Assembly (NCBI GenBank): GCA_040751795.1
Contig: JBFMHR010000002.1
Span: 288,001-352,000, forward strand
Source: Thermoplasmatota archaeon
Lineage (GTDB): Archaea > Thermoplasmatota > Thermoplasmata > UBA10834
Direction of reading: 5' to 3'
DNA: 64,000 bases
Under the pieces are notes generated by a model that worked only from the letters and a program-made list of their open reading frames with translations, had not been told where the DNA came from and did no database searches. Each line of letters begins with the position of its first letter. The first letter of the stretch is position 1. The translations under genes were made by a program, and so were the position numbers. Of this stretch, positions 1 through 10,462 are shown piece by piece.

Positions 1-1
1 T

Positions 2-448
2 GTTCATCGCCCTCCTCCTCAGGACGCCGCAGTAGCTGCAGGCGGACTGCTCCATCCCCTTGTGCGCTATTTCGTCCATGGTCGTGCCGTACATCTCCCT
101 GAACGAGACCACTATGTGCTCGAGGCCGAGGCGCGCGCAGCTCCTTGCGACTATGGGTATCGACGACTCCCTGTACCCGGATATCCCCTCGTCGACGGTG
201 ACGGCGCAGAGGGCCAAGTCCCTGCGCCTGCCGATTATCTTGGCCAGGAGCTCGAGCGCCACGGTGCTGTCCTTGCCCCCGGAGACCGCGACGGCGATGC
301 GCTCGCCGCCCTCCAGGTCGACCTGCCCCCTGATCTCGTGCTTGACCCGCCTCTCGACGAAGTCGGAGAAGTGCTCCTCGCAGAGGTGGGCGCCGCTGTA
401 CCGGACGAATACGACCGCCTGCCTGCCGCACTTGTCGCAGAGGGACAC
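2..448 (-). CDS. tRNA 2-thiolation protein (TIGR00269/NcsA/TtuA family), 3' end runs off the window
   Basis: Manual translation from GTG 448: SLCDKC...HLCEEHF Zn finger, PP-loop AVSGGKDS, and CSYCGVLRR motif. Not in the ORF track. Confidence 0.9.
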   Translation of the reverse strand, partial: MSLCDKCGRQAVVFVRYSGAHLCEEHFSDFVERRVKHEIRGQVDLEGGERIAVAVSGGKDSTVALELLAKIIGRRRDLALCAVTVDEGISGYRESSIPIVARSCARLGLEHIVVSFREMYGTTMDEIAHKGMEQSACSYCGVLRRRAMN

Positions 449-546
449 TGGCTTGCGATGCGGGGACCGGATATATTATTGCTTGTTTCGTGCAGCCCCC
501 ACCAAGTTATTATTAAGGTTACTGCATTCGAGAGGCGCTGACTCCC

Positions 547-1506
547 ATGCAGGACGTCTGGATAGAGAAGCACAGGCCTAAGAAGCTGGCCGAGGTCATA
601 GGCCACCGGGGCATCGTGGAGAGGCTCACTTCGTACGTGAAGACCAGGAGCATGCCCCATATGCTCTTCGCTGGTCCGGCGGGCACGGGCAAGACGACCT
701 GCGCCATCGCCCTGGCGAGGGAGCTCTACGGCGACCAGTGGAGGGACAGCTTCATCGAGCTCAACGCCTCGGACGAGAGGGGCATAGACATCGTCAGGGG
801 CAAGATCAAGGACTTCGCCCGCGCGGCCTCGATCAGCCAGGCGGACTTCAAGATAATCTTCCTGGACGAGGCGGACTCCCTCACGGGGGACGCCCAGGCC
901 GCCCTGAGGAGGACGATGGAGCGGTACACCCAGACCTGCAGGTTCGTCCTCTCCTGCAACTACTCGTCCAAGATCATAGAGCCCATCCAGTCCCGCTGCG
1001 CCGTCTTCAGGTTCAGGCCCCTCAGCGAGGCGGACGTGAGGACGTACCTCGAGAGGGTCGCCAAGGTCGAGGGCGTGGAGGTCACCGAGGACGGTTTCCT
1101 CGCGGTCGTTGAGCTGGCCCAGGGAGACCTCAGGAAGGCGACCAACATACTGCAGGTCGCGGCCTCCGGGGGGCGCCGGGTCGACCCGGAGACGGTCTTC
1201 GAGTCGACGGAGAACATACGCCCGTCCGAGGTCAAGGAGCTGCTGGCCGTCGCGCTGAAGGGCAACTTCATGGCCGCGCGCTCCAAGCTGGACGACCTCA
1301 TAGTCAGGCATGGCCTCTCGGGCGAGGACATAGTGAGGGCGATACACAGGGCGGTGTTCGAGCTCCCCGTCAGCGAGGACTCCAAGATCAGGCTCGTGGA
1401 CCGCGTCGGCGAGGCGGAGTTCAGGATGGTCTCCGGCTCGAGCGAGAGGATACAGCTCGAGGCGCTCCTGGCCCACTTCTGCAACGAGGGAAGGTCGGCC
1501 AAGTAG
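547..1506 (+). CDS. rfcS: Replication factor C small subunit
   Basis: [29 protein letters not shown] and SRC motifs. Confidence 0.97.
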   Translation: MQDVWIEKHRPKKLAEVIGHRGIVERLTSYVKTRSMPHMLFAGPAGTGKTTCAIALARELYGDQWRDSFIELNASDERGIDIVRGKIKDFARAASISQADFKIIFLDEADSLTGDAQAALRRTMERYTQTCRFVLSCNYSSKIIEPIQSRCAVFRFRPLSEADVRTYLERVAKVEGVEVTEDGFLAVVELAQGDLRKATNILQVAASGGRRVDPETVFESTENIRPSEVKELLAVALKGNFMAARSKLDDLIVRHGLSGEDIVRAIHRAVFELPVSEDSKIRLVDRVGEAEFRMVSGSSERIQLEALLAHFCNEGRSAK

Positions 1507-1579
1507 GGCGCGGCCAGCCTGCGGCGTGCTTCGCAACGGTTATATACGGCTAACTGGTTGGCCCAGCCGAGGCGCAGAC

Positions 1580-1729
1580 ATGGCGAGATTCCCAGAGGCC
1601 GAGGCCCGGAACCTTATCAAGAAGATCTGCATGAACTGCAACGCCAGGAACGCCATCAGGGCTACCAGGTGCAGGAAGTGCGGCTACAAGGGGCTGAGGA
1701 TCAAGACGAGAGAGGCCAAGAAGGCCTGA
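1580..1729 (+). CDS. rpl40e: 50S ribosomal protein L40e
   Basis: [10 protein letters not shown]...CMNCNARN...CRKCG; ATG at 1580, TATA (TTATATA) at ~1540. Confidence 0.95.
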   Translation: MARFPEAEARNLIKKICMNCNARNAIRATRCRKCGYKGLRIKTREAKKA

Positions 1730-1812
1730 TCGCGCCTCGGATGCAGCCGTCCCGTGTTCTTTCGAGCGACGCCCCCAGCCGGTCTGGGCGCAGGGCCAGG
1801 CCTGTTCCAGTT

Positions 1813-1905
1813 GAGAAGAAAAAGGGTGGAGGGGACTCCACCGCAGTTGGGCATCACCCTTTGGTTACACCTCTCCTCTTCCTACAAAAGAGCGAACCAA
1901 TTGGC
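1813..1905 (-). ncRNA. Candidate small structured RNA (two hairpins plus U-tract)
   Basis: Minus-strand TTAAA box at 1935-1931; stems 1861-1866/1895-1900 and 1825-1831/1836-1842; followed by TTTTTCTT. Confidence 0.4.
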
Positions 1906-2046
1906 TGAGTGGTGTATGCACAAGGTGTTCTTTAACTCTTTTCATCGCCGTCGGAGAATATCTCAGAAATGTGTCAACCCATCCCCTTCGACCATGGCCG
2001 TTGTACGATTAGAATCTTTTTATTTGATTTTTGCCAATACAGTGTC

Positions 2047-3099
2047 ATGTGGCGTTTCCTCCCTTCCGAGATGACCGTCATACTAGCCTTGACCGAGGAT
2101 GCGGACAGGACCGATGCGCGGATCGCCGAGGAGTACGGCATGAACAAGGGCACGGTCGCCTCCGTGAGGCGCAGGCTGCTCGACTCCGGAGCCGTGTTCT
2201 TCGCGAGCGTCCCCTCCTTCAACAAGCTCGGCTGCGAGCTGATGGCGTTCCACACGGGGGCGACGGACCCGGCGGTGCCGGCCGACGTGAAGACCAACAA
2301 CTACCTCGAGTTCTGCGAGGGGAGCCCGAGCATCTTCAACGCGATGATAGGTGGCGGCTACGTCTCCTTCCTCAGCGTCTTCAAGGACGCCACGGACCTC
2401 GAGACGTTCCTCCAGGACCACGGCAGGTTCTTCTCCGGCCAGAGGCGGGCGTCCAGGGCGAGGCTGGAGACGGCGATGTTCCCCTACCGCCTCACGAGGG
2501 GGACGTACGCGACCAACTTCGCGCCGACCGTCCACGACTTCTTCAAGCTGGACGTGCCGCCGCCGAAGCCCCGCCCCACGACCTCGGAGAGCGTCACGAG
2601 CCCGGACCTCTCCAGGAACGAGGCGCGGACGCTCACGGAGCTCGTGGCGGACCCCACCTCCTCCGACAAGCAGCTCGCGTCGAAGGTCGGCCTGTCCAGG
2701 CAGGCGGTGACGCGCATCAGGCGGAAGCTCTTCGAGGAGAGGTACCTGACCCGCGTATGCATACCCAGGCTGTACAAGTGGGGCTTCGAGATCTCCGCCG
2801 TCACCCACTCGAGGTTCAACATGGAGCTCCGCTGGGACATAAGGGTGAAGGGCCAGCCGAAGGACGTCACCGCCCTCTCGTTCATGACCCTGTCCAAGGC
2901 GGACGAGGCCGTCACGAACCACATGGTCGCCACCTACCAGGAGTACTCCGAGAAGATGGAGGCCATGCTCGGGTGGTTCCACAAGATGAAGGCGTTCGAC
3001 GAGAACCCCAAGATCAACGTCTTCTCCCTCGAGAGGAGCACTGAGCTCAGGTCCTTCGACTTCCTCCCCGCGGTGAAGAACCTCCTGCGGGAGGCGTAG
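2047..3099 (+). CDS. Tandem Lrp/AsnC-like transcriptional regulator (two wHTH modules)
   Basis: Two HTH segments (DARIAEEYGMNKGTVASVRRRL; DKQLASKVGLSRQAVTRIRRKL), each followed by an Lrp-like linker (VPSFNKLGCE; IPRLYKWGFE). Confidence 0.8.
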   Translation: MWRFLPSEMTVILALTEDADRTDARIAEEYGMNKGTVASVRRRLLDSGAVFFASVPSFNKLGCELMAFHTGATDPAVPADVKTNNYLEFCEGSPSIFNAMIGGGYVSFLSVFKDATDLETFLQDHGRFFSGQRRASRARLETAMFPYRLTRGTYATNFAPTVHDFFKLDVPPPKPRPTTSESVTSPDLSRNEARTLTELVADPTSSDKQLASKVGLSRQAVTRIRRKLFEERYLTRVCIPRLYKWGFEISAVTHSRFNMELRWDIRVKGQPKDVTALSFMTLSKADEAVTNHMVATYQEYSEKMEAMLGWFHKMKAFDENPKINVFSLERSTELRSFDFLPAVKNLLREA

Positions 3100-3181
3100 G
3101 CCGCGGGGGAAGGGCTGAGAACGTGTAAATACGCCGCCCGGCAATACTCTGGACGGTGATGCCCTGAAGGTCACACCGCAG

Positions 3182-3556
3182 ATGGCGGCGAGGTGGGCGA
3201 AGGCAGTCTTCATGGCCCTGCTTGCGATGGTGCTCGTTCTCTACGGGAGCGGCTTCGTGTCCGACCTGGAGACCAACGCCGCGGCGGAGTGGAACATGTC
3301 CTTCGAGTGGACCTGGGACCTCCTCACCTACCTGATCTGGATAATCATCGCTTGGCTGCTCGTCGACGCCGTGATCATAGTCGTCCTGAGCTTCAAGATG
3401 GACGTGTACAGCCTCGGGGACGTGATGGACCGCCTCGCGAGGATCGAGAAGCGGCTCGGGCCGGAGAAGGCCAGGCCCGCGCAGGCGCCGCCGGAGGCCA
3501 TGGGCCCGGCGGTGACGGTCGACGAGGACAGGGAGCCGCCACCGCCGAAGGAGTGA
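3182..3556 (+). CDS. Hypothetical membrane protein (2 TM plus short coiled coil)
   Basis: Two hydrophobic segments; host-like codon usage; fills the gap before the convergent topA. Confidence 0.7.
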   Translation: MAARWAKAVFMALLAMVLVLYGSGFVSDLETNAAAEWNMSFEWTWDLLTYLIWIIIAWLLVDAVIIVVLSFKMDVYSLGDVMDRLARIEKRLGPEKARPAQAPPEAMGPAVTVDEDREPPPPKE

Positions 3557-3559
3557 GGC

Positions 3560-5884
3560 TCAGGCCTTCTCGGCGGCTTCCTTCTTCGGGGTGTCCTTCT
3601 TCGCGGCCCTCTTCGGGCACTCCATGTTGATGCAGAGGGTCCACGGGGGCCTCCCCTTCTGCTGCCAGACCTTGATCACGGGCGAGCGGCAGGCGTCGCA
3701 CGCCTCCCCGGTCGGCACTATCCTGCCGTACTGGGGCAGCGGGAACATGACCTTGCACTCGGGGTAGCCGGAGCACCCGGCGAACCTCTTCCCCTTCTTG
3801 GACTGGATGACCATGACGTCCTTGCCGCACGAAGGGCACTTGCCGAGCGTGCGCTCGCGCCTCGCCCCCTCGCACTTCGGGTCGATGCACACCACGTTCG
3901 GGGGCTGGCCCTTCGACACGAACTTCACCTTGGGCCCGCCGCAGACGTCGCACTTCTGGTCCGTCGCGAGGGCAAGGAAGCCGCTCGGCAGGGGATAGGT
4001 GTTCTTGCACTCGGGGTACCTGGAGCAGCCGGCGAAGCTGTGGCCGCCCTTCATCCTTATCTCCAGGAGCTGCCCCTGCCCGCACTTGGGGCACGCCCCG
4101 AGGTTGTGCTGGGCCCTGAGGGCCTTCCTGATGTCGTCCCCGATCTCCTTCTTGTTCTTCTCCAGGACCGCCATGATGTCGTCGAGCATGTCCTGGCTCT
4201 CCTCGACCACGTCCTCCTGGACCCTCTCCCCCTGGGCTATCAGGTCCATCTCGCCCTCGAGGTGGGCGGTCATCTTGGCGTGGGTGATCTTGTACTCGTC
4301 GTGGAGCCTCGCGTGGTTCTCGAGGGCCGCGATGACCGCTATGCCGCTCTCGGTCGGTTCGATCTTGGCCCCCTTCGCGAACCTCCGGTCGTAGAGCTTC
4401 TGGATGGTCTCGTGCCGCGTGCTCTTCGTCCCCAGCCCCTTGCGCTCCATCTCCTGGATGAGCGAGCCCTGGGTGTACCTGGGCGGCGGCTGCGTCTTCT
4501 TCTCGGTCGAGGAGACCCTGAGGACGTCGGCGACGTCCCCCTCCTTCAGCGCCGGGAGCGTGACCTCGCTGGACGTGTAGTACGGGTAGTACTTCCTCCA
4601 GCCCTGGAAGAGTATCCTGTAGCCCTCCGCCGCGAACGGCTCCCCGCCGAGGTCGAGGTCGACCAGGGTCGTCTCCGACCTGCAGGGCGGCGCGACGGTC
4701 GCGAGGAACCTCCTGGTGACGAGCTCGTAGACGTCCCACCTCTGCCCCTTGAGCTCGCCCCTGGTGGCGGAGTCGACGGGGTGTATCGGCGGGTGGTCCG
4801 TGGTGCTCCTCTTGCCCCTGGAGGGCCTTATGCTCTCCTGGGCCAGCAGCTCCTCGGCCTCGGCCGCGAACTCGGACTTGGTGAGCTTCTCGAGGATCCC
4901 CCTCAGGCTGAGCGAGGGCGGGTAGACGGTGTTGTCCGTCCTTGGGTACGAGATGTAGCCGTCGGTGTACAGGTCCTCGGCCACCTTCATGGCCTGGGCG
5001 GCGGTGAGCCCCCTCTTGGTGGCCTCCGCGAGGAAGACGGTCGTGTTGAACGGCGCGGGCGGGTACTCGTCCTTCTCGTTCACCGCGACGGACCTGACCG
5101 ACGCGGACTTGGCGGCCTTGGCCTTGGCGAGCGCGGACTGGGCGGCGGCCTTGTCGTCGAAGCTCCCGTGCTTGTGGCTGGCCCTGAACTCCTTGTCCTT
5201 CCTCAGATCCGCGGAGACGACCCAGTAGGGCGTCGGCTTGAAGTCGCGGATCTCCTTCTCGCGGGCCACGACCAGCGCGAGGGTCGGGCTCTGGACCCTG
5301 CCCACGGACAGGAAGTCCTTGCCCAGCTGCCCCGACGCGAGCGATATGAACCTGGTGAGCGCCGCCCCCCAGACGAGGTCTATGAGCTGCCTCGTCTCGG
5401 CGGCGGACGCGAGCTTGTAGTCTATCTCGGCGAGCTCGGAGAACGCCTTCTCGATCTCCCACTTCGTGAGGGCGCTGAACTTCGCCCTCTTCAGGGGCTT
5501 CTTGACCCCGGCCTCCTGCACGGCCTCGAGGCCGATCAGCTCCCCCTCGCGGTCGAAGTCGGTCGCGACGATGACCTCGTCGACGCCGGCGGCGATGTCC
5601 TTGAGGGCGGCCATGATCTTCTTGGCGGAGGGGTCGACCTTCTTCTCCGGCTTGGCGTATATGAGGTCCTTGGGGGCGACCGCGTCCCAGTTGTTGTACT
5701 TGTCAGGGTAGTCTAGTTCGACGATGTGGCCGCGGAGCCCCATGACGATGCAGTCCGCCCCCCCGCAGGCGAACTCGAAGACGGGCACCCCGGCGACGAA
5801 GCGCCTCTTCTGAGTGTTGTTGGAGAGAATCAGTGCGATCCTCTGCGCGGCGTGGTTCTTCTCGCTTATGATGAGCCGGCGCAT
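3560..5884 (-). CDS. topA: DNA topoisomerase I (type IA) with C-terminal Zn ribbons
   Basis: TOPRIM ISEK and ATDFDREGE, SVGRVQSP, active-site ISYPRTD, repeated C4 Zn fingers. Confidence 0.97.
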   Translation of the reverse strand: MRRLIISEKNHAAQRIALILSNNTQKRRFVAGVPVFEFACGGADCIVMGLRGHIVELDYPDKYNNWDAVAPKDLIYAKPEKKVDPSAKKIMAALKDIAAGVDEVIVATDFDREGELIGLEAVQEAGVKKPLKRAKFSALTKWEIEKAFSELAEIDYKLASAAETRQLIDLVWGAALTRFISLASGQLGKDFLSVGRVQSPTLALVVAREKEIRDFKPTPYWVVSADLRKDKEFRASHKHGSFDDKAAAQSALAKAKAAKSASVRSVAVNEKDEYPPAPFNTTVFLAEATKRGLTAAQAMKVAEDLYTDGYISYPRTDNTVYPPSLSLRGILEKLTKSEFAAEAEELLAQESIRPSRGKRSTTDHPPIHPVDSATRGELKGQRWDVYELVTRRFLATVAPPCRSETTLVDLDLGGEPFAAEGYRILFQGWRKYYPYYTSSEVTLPALKEGDVADVLRVSSTEKKTQPPPRYTQGSLIQEMERKGLGTKSTRHETIQKLYDRRFAKGAKIEPTESGIAVIAALENHARLHDEYKITHAKMTAHLEGEMDLIAQGERVQEDVVEESQDMLDDIMAVLEKNKKEIGDDIRKALRAQHNLGACPKCGQGQLLEIRMKGGHSFAGCSRYPECKNTYPLPSGFLALATDQKCDVCGGPKVKFVSKGQPPNVVCIDPKCEGARRERTLGKCPSCGKDVMVIQSKKGKRFAGCSGYPECKVMFPLPQYGRIVPTGEACDACRSPVIKVWQQKGRPPWTLCINMECPKRAAKKDTPKKEAAEKA

Positions 5885-5940
5885 CTGGGGTTGGATGATT
5901 GGCCATTTATATAATGATGATGGGAGGCACCACGGAGCCC

Positions 5941-5963
5941 TGATGCTGGCATAGCCAGCATCA
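5941..5963. repeat. Perfect 10-bp inverted repeat between the purA stop and the topA promoter
   Basis: TGATGCTGGC-ATA-GCCAGCATCA; topA TATA (minus TTATATAAA) at 5906-5914. Confidence 0.85.
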
Positions 5964-5969
5964 AGGAGG

Positions 5970-7292
<1,323 letters not shown>

Positions 7293-7435
7293 TTAGGACA
7301 AGCTGGACGCTCGTATTTAAAGATTAGAATGAGTCGGGTGCTCACGCCTCTCGCGGGGCGGCCTCAGGGAGGTTATTTGGGCAGGGAACCCGATTCGGCC
7401 TCAGGAGGAAGTGGCCCGGGAACGGGGGTGAGCGT

Positions 7436-8302
7436 GTGGCAGAGCTCTGGTTGTTTCTTGCCTTGGGGACAATGCTGGCATACGGCATCGGTCAGGTTCT
7501 CCAGAAGGTGGGCACGACCGGATGTGGCCCCACTGCCATGATCCTGTTCACGGCCCTCATCTGCGGATCGATCTGGGGAGCTTGGTACATCCTGTTCAGG
7601 GACGAGATGGAGATGACGTTGTACTCCCTCGCCGTCCCGCTGATCGGCGGCGCCCTGGGCATGTCCGGCAACGTGTTCTTCTTCGAGGCCTTGGCGAGAG
7701 GGAACGTCAGCGTGGTTGGGACGCTCGTCGCCGCATACCCATGCGTTACCGTCGTCGCTGCGTTCCTGCTCCTTGATGAGAGGCTCAGCGCAGTCAGGTA
7801 CGCAGGGGTCCTCCTGATACTGCTCGGCATCGTGGTCCTGTCGACAGGCGGCACCGGTTCCAGGCAGTCGGTGTCGAAGACTGGCCTCATGCTCGCCGCG
7901 GCGAGCTTCCTGGCTTTCGGCTTGGCGGGGGTGACGCTCAAGGAGGCGGTCAGAGTCGTCGGGAGCGACAACGCGATGGGTTTCTACGCTCTGGTGTACG
8001 TGCTCGGAGGCACATCGTATTGGCTGGTCAAACGCGGAGGCCGCTCGGAGGGCCCGGTGGCCAGGATGCCGCGGAGGGCGATTGGCATCGGCGCCGTAGG
8101 CCTGTCGTTCAGCGCGGTGGGCGGCATCCTTCTCATCTGGGCGCTCGTGGACGGCCCGGCGTCTATCGTGATCACACTGTCCGGGGCGTACCCGATTGTG
8201 ACGATAGCAGCCGCGCTGGTGTTCCTGAAGGAGAAGGTGGTCGCGCGTCAGGGCATCGGACTCGCGATGGTGCTCGTTGGGCTGCCATTTGTATCGTTTT
8301 GA
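7436..8302 (+). CDS. EamA/DMT family transporter
   Basis: About 10 TM helices in two repeats, each ending in an (L)xE(R/K) motif. Confidence 0.88.
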   Translation: MAELWLFLALGTMLAYGIGQVLQKVGTTGCGPTAMILFTALICGSIWGAWYILFRDEMEMTLYSLAVPLIGGALGMSGNVFFFEALARGNVSVVGTLVAAYPCVTVVAAFLLLDERLSAVRYAGVLLILLGIVVLSTGGTGSRQSVSKTGLMLAAASFLAFGLAGVTLKEAVRVVGSDNAMGFYALVYVLGGTSYWLVKRGGRSEGPVARMPRRAIGIGAVGLSFSAVGGILLIWALVDGPASIVITLSGAYPIVTIAAALVFLKEKVVARQGIGLAMVLVGLPFVSF

Positions 8303-8314
8303 GCCAAGCGTCCG

Positions 8315-9421
8315 TCATGTCTTCCGGTACACGTCGAGGAGGTCGCCGAGGGGCGCGTCCGTCCTGAGGCCCTTGGGGTCGAAGTGCGTCCTCGAGGCCC
8401 TGAATCCGGCTTCCGACAGCTTCCCGACCATGTCCACGAGCTTGGGCGGCGAGTGCTTCGTGCGCTTGGCCAGCTCGTCCAGCTTGTAGAAGAGCGGCGG
8501 CGCCCCGACCTCCTCCTTCCAGAGGGCGAGGTACTTCTCGCACCTCGCGGAGGTCCCGAGGTCCTTCGTGGCCATCATCGCATCCAGCAGGTCCCCGGAG
8601 GACATCGCCCCGGTCCAGAGCGGCCCCGCGTCGGCCTTGTCCGCCCTCTCGGGGAGCAGGGCCCTCCCGAGGGTGGCCTTGTCGAAGTGGGCGTAGCCCA
8701 GCCTCTTGAGCGCCGCGTCGGCGCGGGCGGCGCCGTTCACGACCCTGAGGTAGCACCTGAAGTAGTGGTCCGTGTGGTAGCACAGGAGGGGCTCGCAGGC
8801 CCTGTCGTGCCTGGCCGCCTCCCTGGCCATGAACCCCATGAGTATCCTTATGCCGGTCTCGTGGGCGAAGGGCGACCTCTGGGACAGCGCCCCGTACCTC
8901 CTGAGCGAGGTCCTGGGGTAGGTGCCGTACAGGGGGGCGGTGTCGGTCGCGGTGATGGCGATCGTCCCCCCGTTCCTGCAGCTCTGGACCGCCGCATTGA
9001 CGAAGTCTATGGGCGTGCCGAAGGGGTCTATGTCGATGTAGTCGAACTGCTCCTCGGCGAGGACGGCCCTAAGGTCCCTGCACATGACCCTCACGTGGTC
9101 GAGGCTGTTGGCGGAGGCGTTCTCCTTCATGAGCACCGCGGCGGCGAGGTTCCTGTCGTTGAGGGCGAAGTCTGCGCGGACGCCCGTCTCGTTGGCCAGC
9201 CTCAGCCCCCGGGCGCCGGACGCGGCGAGCCCGTCCAGGACCTTGTCCCCGTCCCTGAACACGGCCCGCCCGAACATGACGGACACGTCCCTGCCGAACT
9301 CCATCTGCCTGTTGTAGAAGACGTCCCCGGTCCTGGTTCCGGGCCCCTTCTTGCAGAAAGCCTCCGGCACGAGGAGCTCGGTCGTGCCCTCGATGACCTT
9401 GACCAGGGATGAGGAGTTCAC
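8315..9421 (-). CDS. trm1: tRNA (guanine26-N2)-dimethyltransferase
   Basis: VFYNRQM, DGLAASGARGLR, DIDPFG, TATD, THF...G.RTDAP. Confidence 0.95.
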   Translation of the reverse strand: MNSSSLVKVIEGTTELLVPEAFCKKGPGTRTGDVFYNRQMEFGRDVSVMFGRAVFRDGDKVLDGLAASGARGLRLANETGVRADFALNDRNLAAAVLMKENASANSLDHVRVMCRDLRAVLAEEQFDYIDIDPFGTPIDFVNAAVQSCRNGGTIAITATDTAPLYGTYPRTSLRRYGALSQRSPFAHETGIRILMGFMAREAARHDRACEPLLCYHTDHYFRCYLRVVNGAARADAALKRLGYAHFDKATLGRALLPERADKADAGPLWTGAMSSGDLLDAMMATKDLGTSARCEKYLALWKEEVGAPPLFYKLDELAKRTKHSPPKLVDMVGKLSEAGFRASRTHFDPKGLRTDAPLGDLLDVYRKT

Positions 9422-9963
9422 ACGTACTCGCCCTTCATGAGTTTTATGATCTTGTAGGGCAGGAGGTTCCTGTTGATCGGCGTGACCTCCAGTATCCTGA
9501 CGTCGTCCCTGCGCCTGATGTCCTGGAGGAGCGGGTTCCTGGACTTCTTGTGGAGGGTGAGTATGATGGGCTTGTCGACCTCCATCGCGTCCTTGACCGC
9601 CTTCACGAACCTGTCTGACTCGACCTCCATCTTGCCGACCTCGTCTATCACGATGACGTCGGCGTTCTTGCTGGCGTCGACCAGCGCCTCCACTCCCACG
9701 GTGTCCAGGCTCTCGAGGTTCACGCCGTACTTGCCGACGCAGAACTTGGACTCGGTGTCCGTGTGCGCGAACACCGCCTTCCGCTTGGTCTTCCAGTCCA
9801 TGACGTAGAAGCCCATGCGCTTGCCCCCCTCGATTATGGGCTCCGTGACCATGCCCCCGACGACGAGCCCCTCCTCCTCGAGCATCTCGATGACCTTGAC
9901 GAGGGCCTGGGTCTTGCCCGCGCCGGGCAGGCCCGTGATCCCTATCTTGACTCCCCTCGTCAT
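9418..9963 (-). CDS. Nucleoside-triphosphatase (THEP1/NTPase_1 family)
   Basis: GITGLPGAGKT P-loop, VGKYGV, IDEVGKME; start taken at ATG 9963. Confidence 0.92.
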   Translation of the reverse strand: MTRGVKIGITGLPGAGKTQALVKVIEMLEEEGLVVGGMVTEPIIEGGKRMGFYVMDWKTKRKAVFAHTDTESKFCVGKYGVNLESLDTVGVEALVDASKNADVIVIDEVGKMEVESDRFVKAVKDAMEVDKPIILTLHKKSRNPLLQDIRRRDDVRILEVTPINRNLLPYKIIKLMKGEYV

Positions 9964-10069
9964 GCTATCACCGCGGTGGCGCCGGAACGGTTTTCTGTAT
10001 GCGTATTCATATATATAATGTGTGTCATAAATCTTCAACACTCGATGACTGGCCGACGGGCCTCTCCGC

Positions 10070-10462
10070 TCACTCCTCGCCCCGCACGACCCTCTTCACG
10101 AACATGAGCGGGTAGCTCATCTCCTTCACGAACCTCATGCCTGCCTCGAGCTCCGTCCCCTTGTAGCGGATCCTGAGGGACACGTCCAGCATGTCCCCCG
10201 TGAGGGACACGTAGTCATACTCCCCGGACTTCTTGCGGAGCCTGGACCGGTCGATGCGCACCTCGACGTCCTCGACGAAGGGCTGGACCATGCTCCCGGC
10301 CTCCATGGCCTCCTCGAGCTTCTCCACGTTCTCGGCGCTCACGGGGACCCCGACGAACTGGTGGTAGATCGTGCCGAGCTTGATGCCGGCCTCGAAGGCT
10401 GCCCTCTCGGAGTCCGAGCAGTCGAAGTACTTCTCGGACTCACGTTCTCTTGCGTCTCTCGT
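10070..10462 (-). CDS. mptD: Archaeal dihydroneopterin aldolase (start codon unresolved)
   Basis: Frame reads YFDCSDSERAAFEAGIKLGTIYHQFVGVPV...QPFV...YPLM. The conserved N-terminus lies upstream of the only canonical start (GTG 10342). Confidence 0.85.
   Translation of the reverse strand, partial: TRDARERESEKYFDCSDSERAAFEAGIKLGTIYHQFVGVPVSAENVEKLEEAMEAGSMVQPFVEDVEVRIDRSRLRKKSGEYDYVSLTGDMLDVSLRIRYKGTELEAGMRFVKEMSYPLMFVKRVVRGEE

Noticed and set aside
1804-1834. ORB-like string GTTCCAGTTGAGAAGAAAAAGGG
   Set aside because: Single imperfect copy with no orc1/cdc6 nearby; it overlaps a minus-strand terminator-like tract that explains the A run.
5914-5943. ATGATGA...CTGA resembling C and D boxes
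   Set aside because: Only one box pair, no C'/D', and it overlaps the topA TATA and the hairpin.
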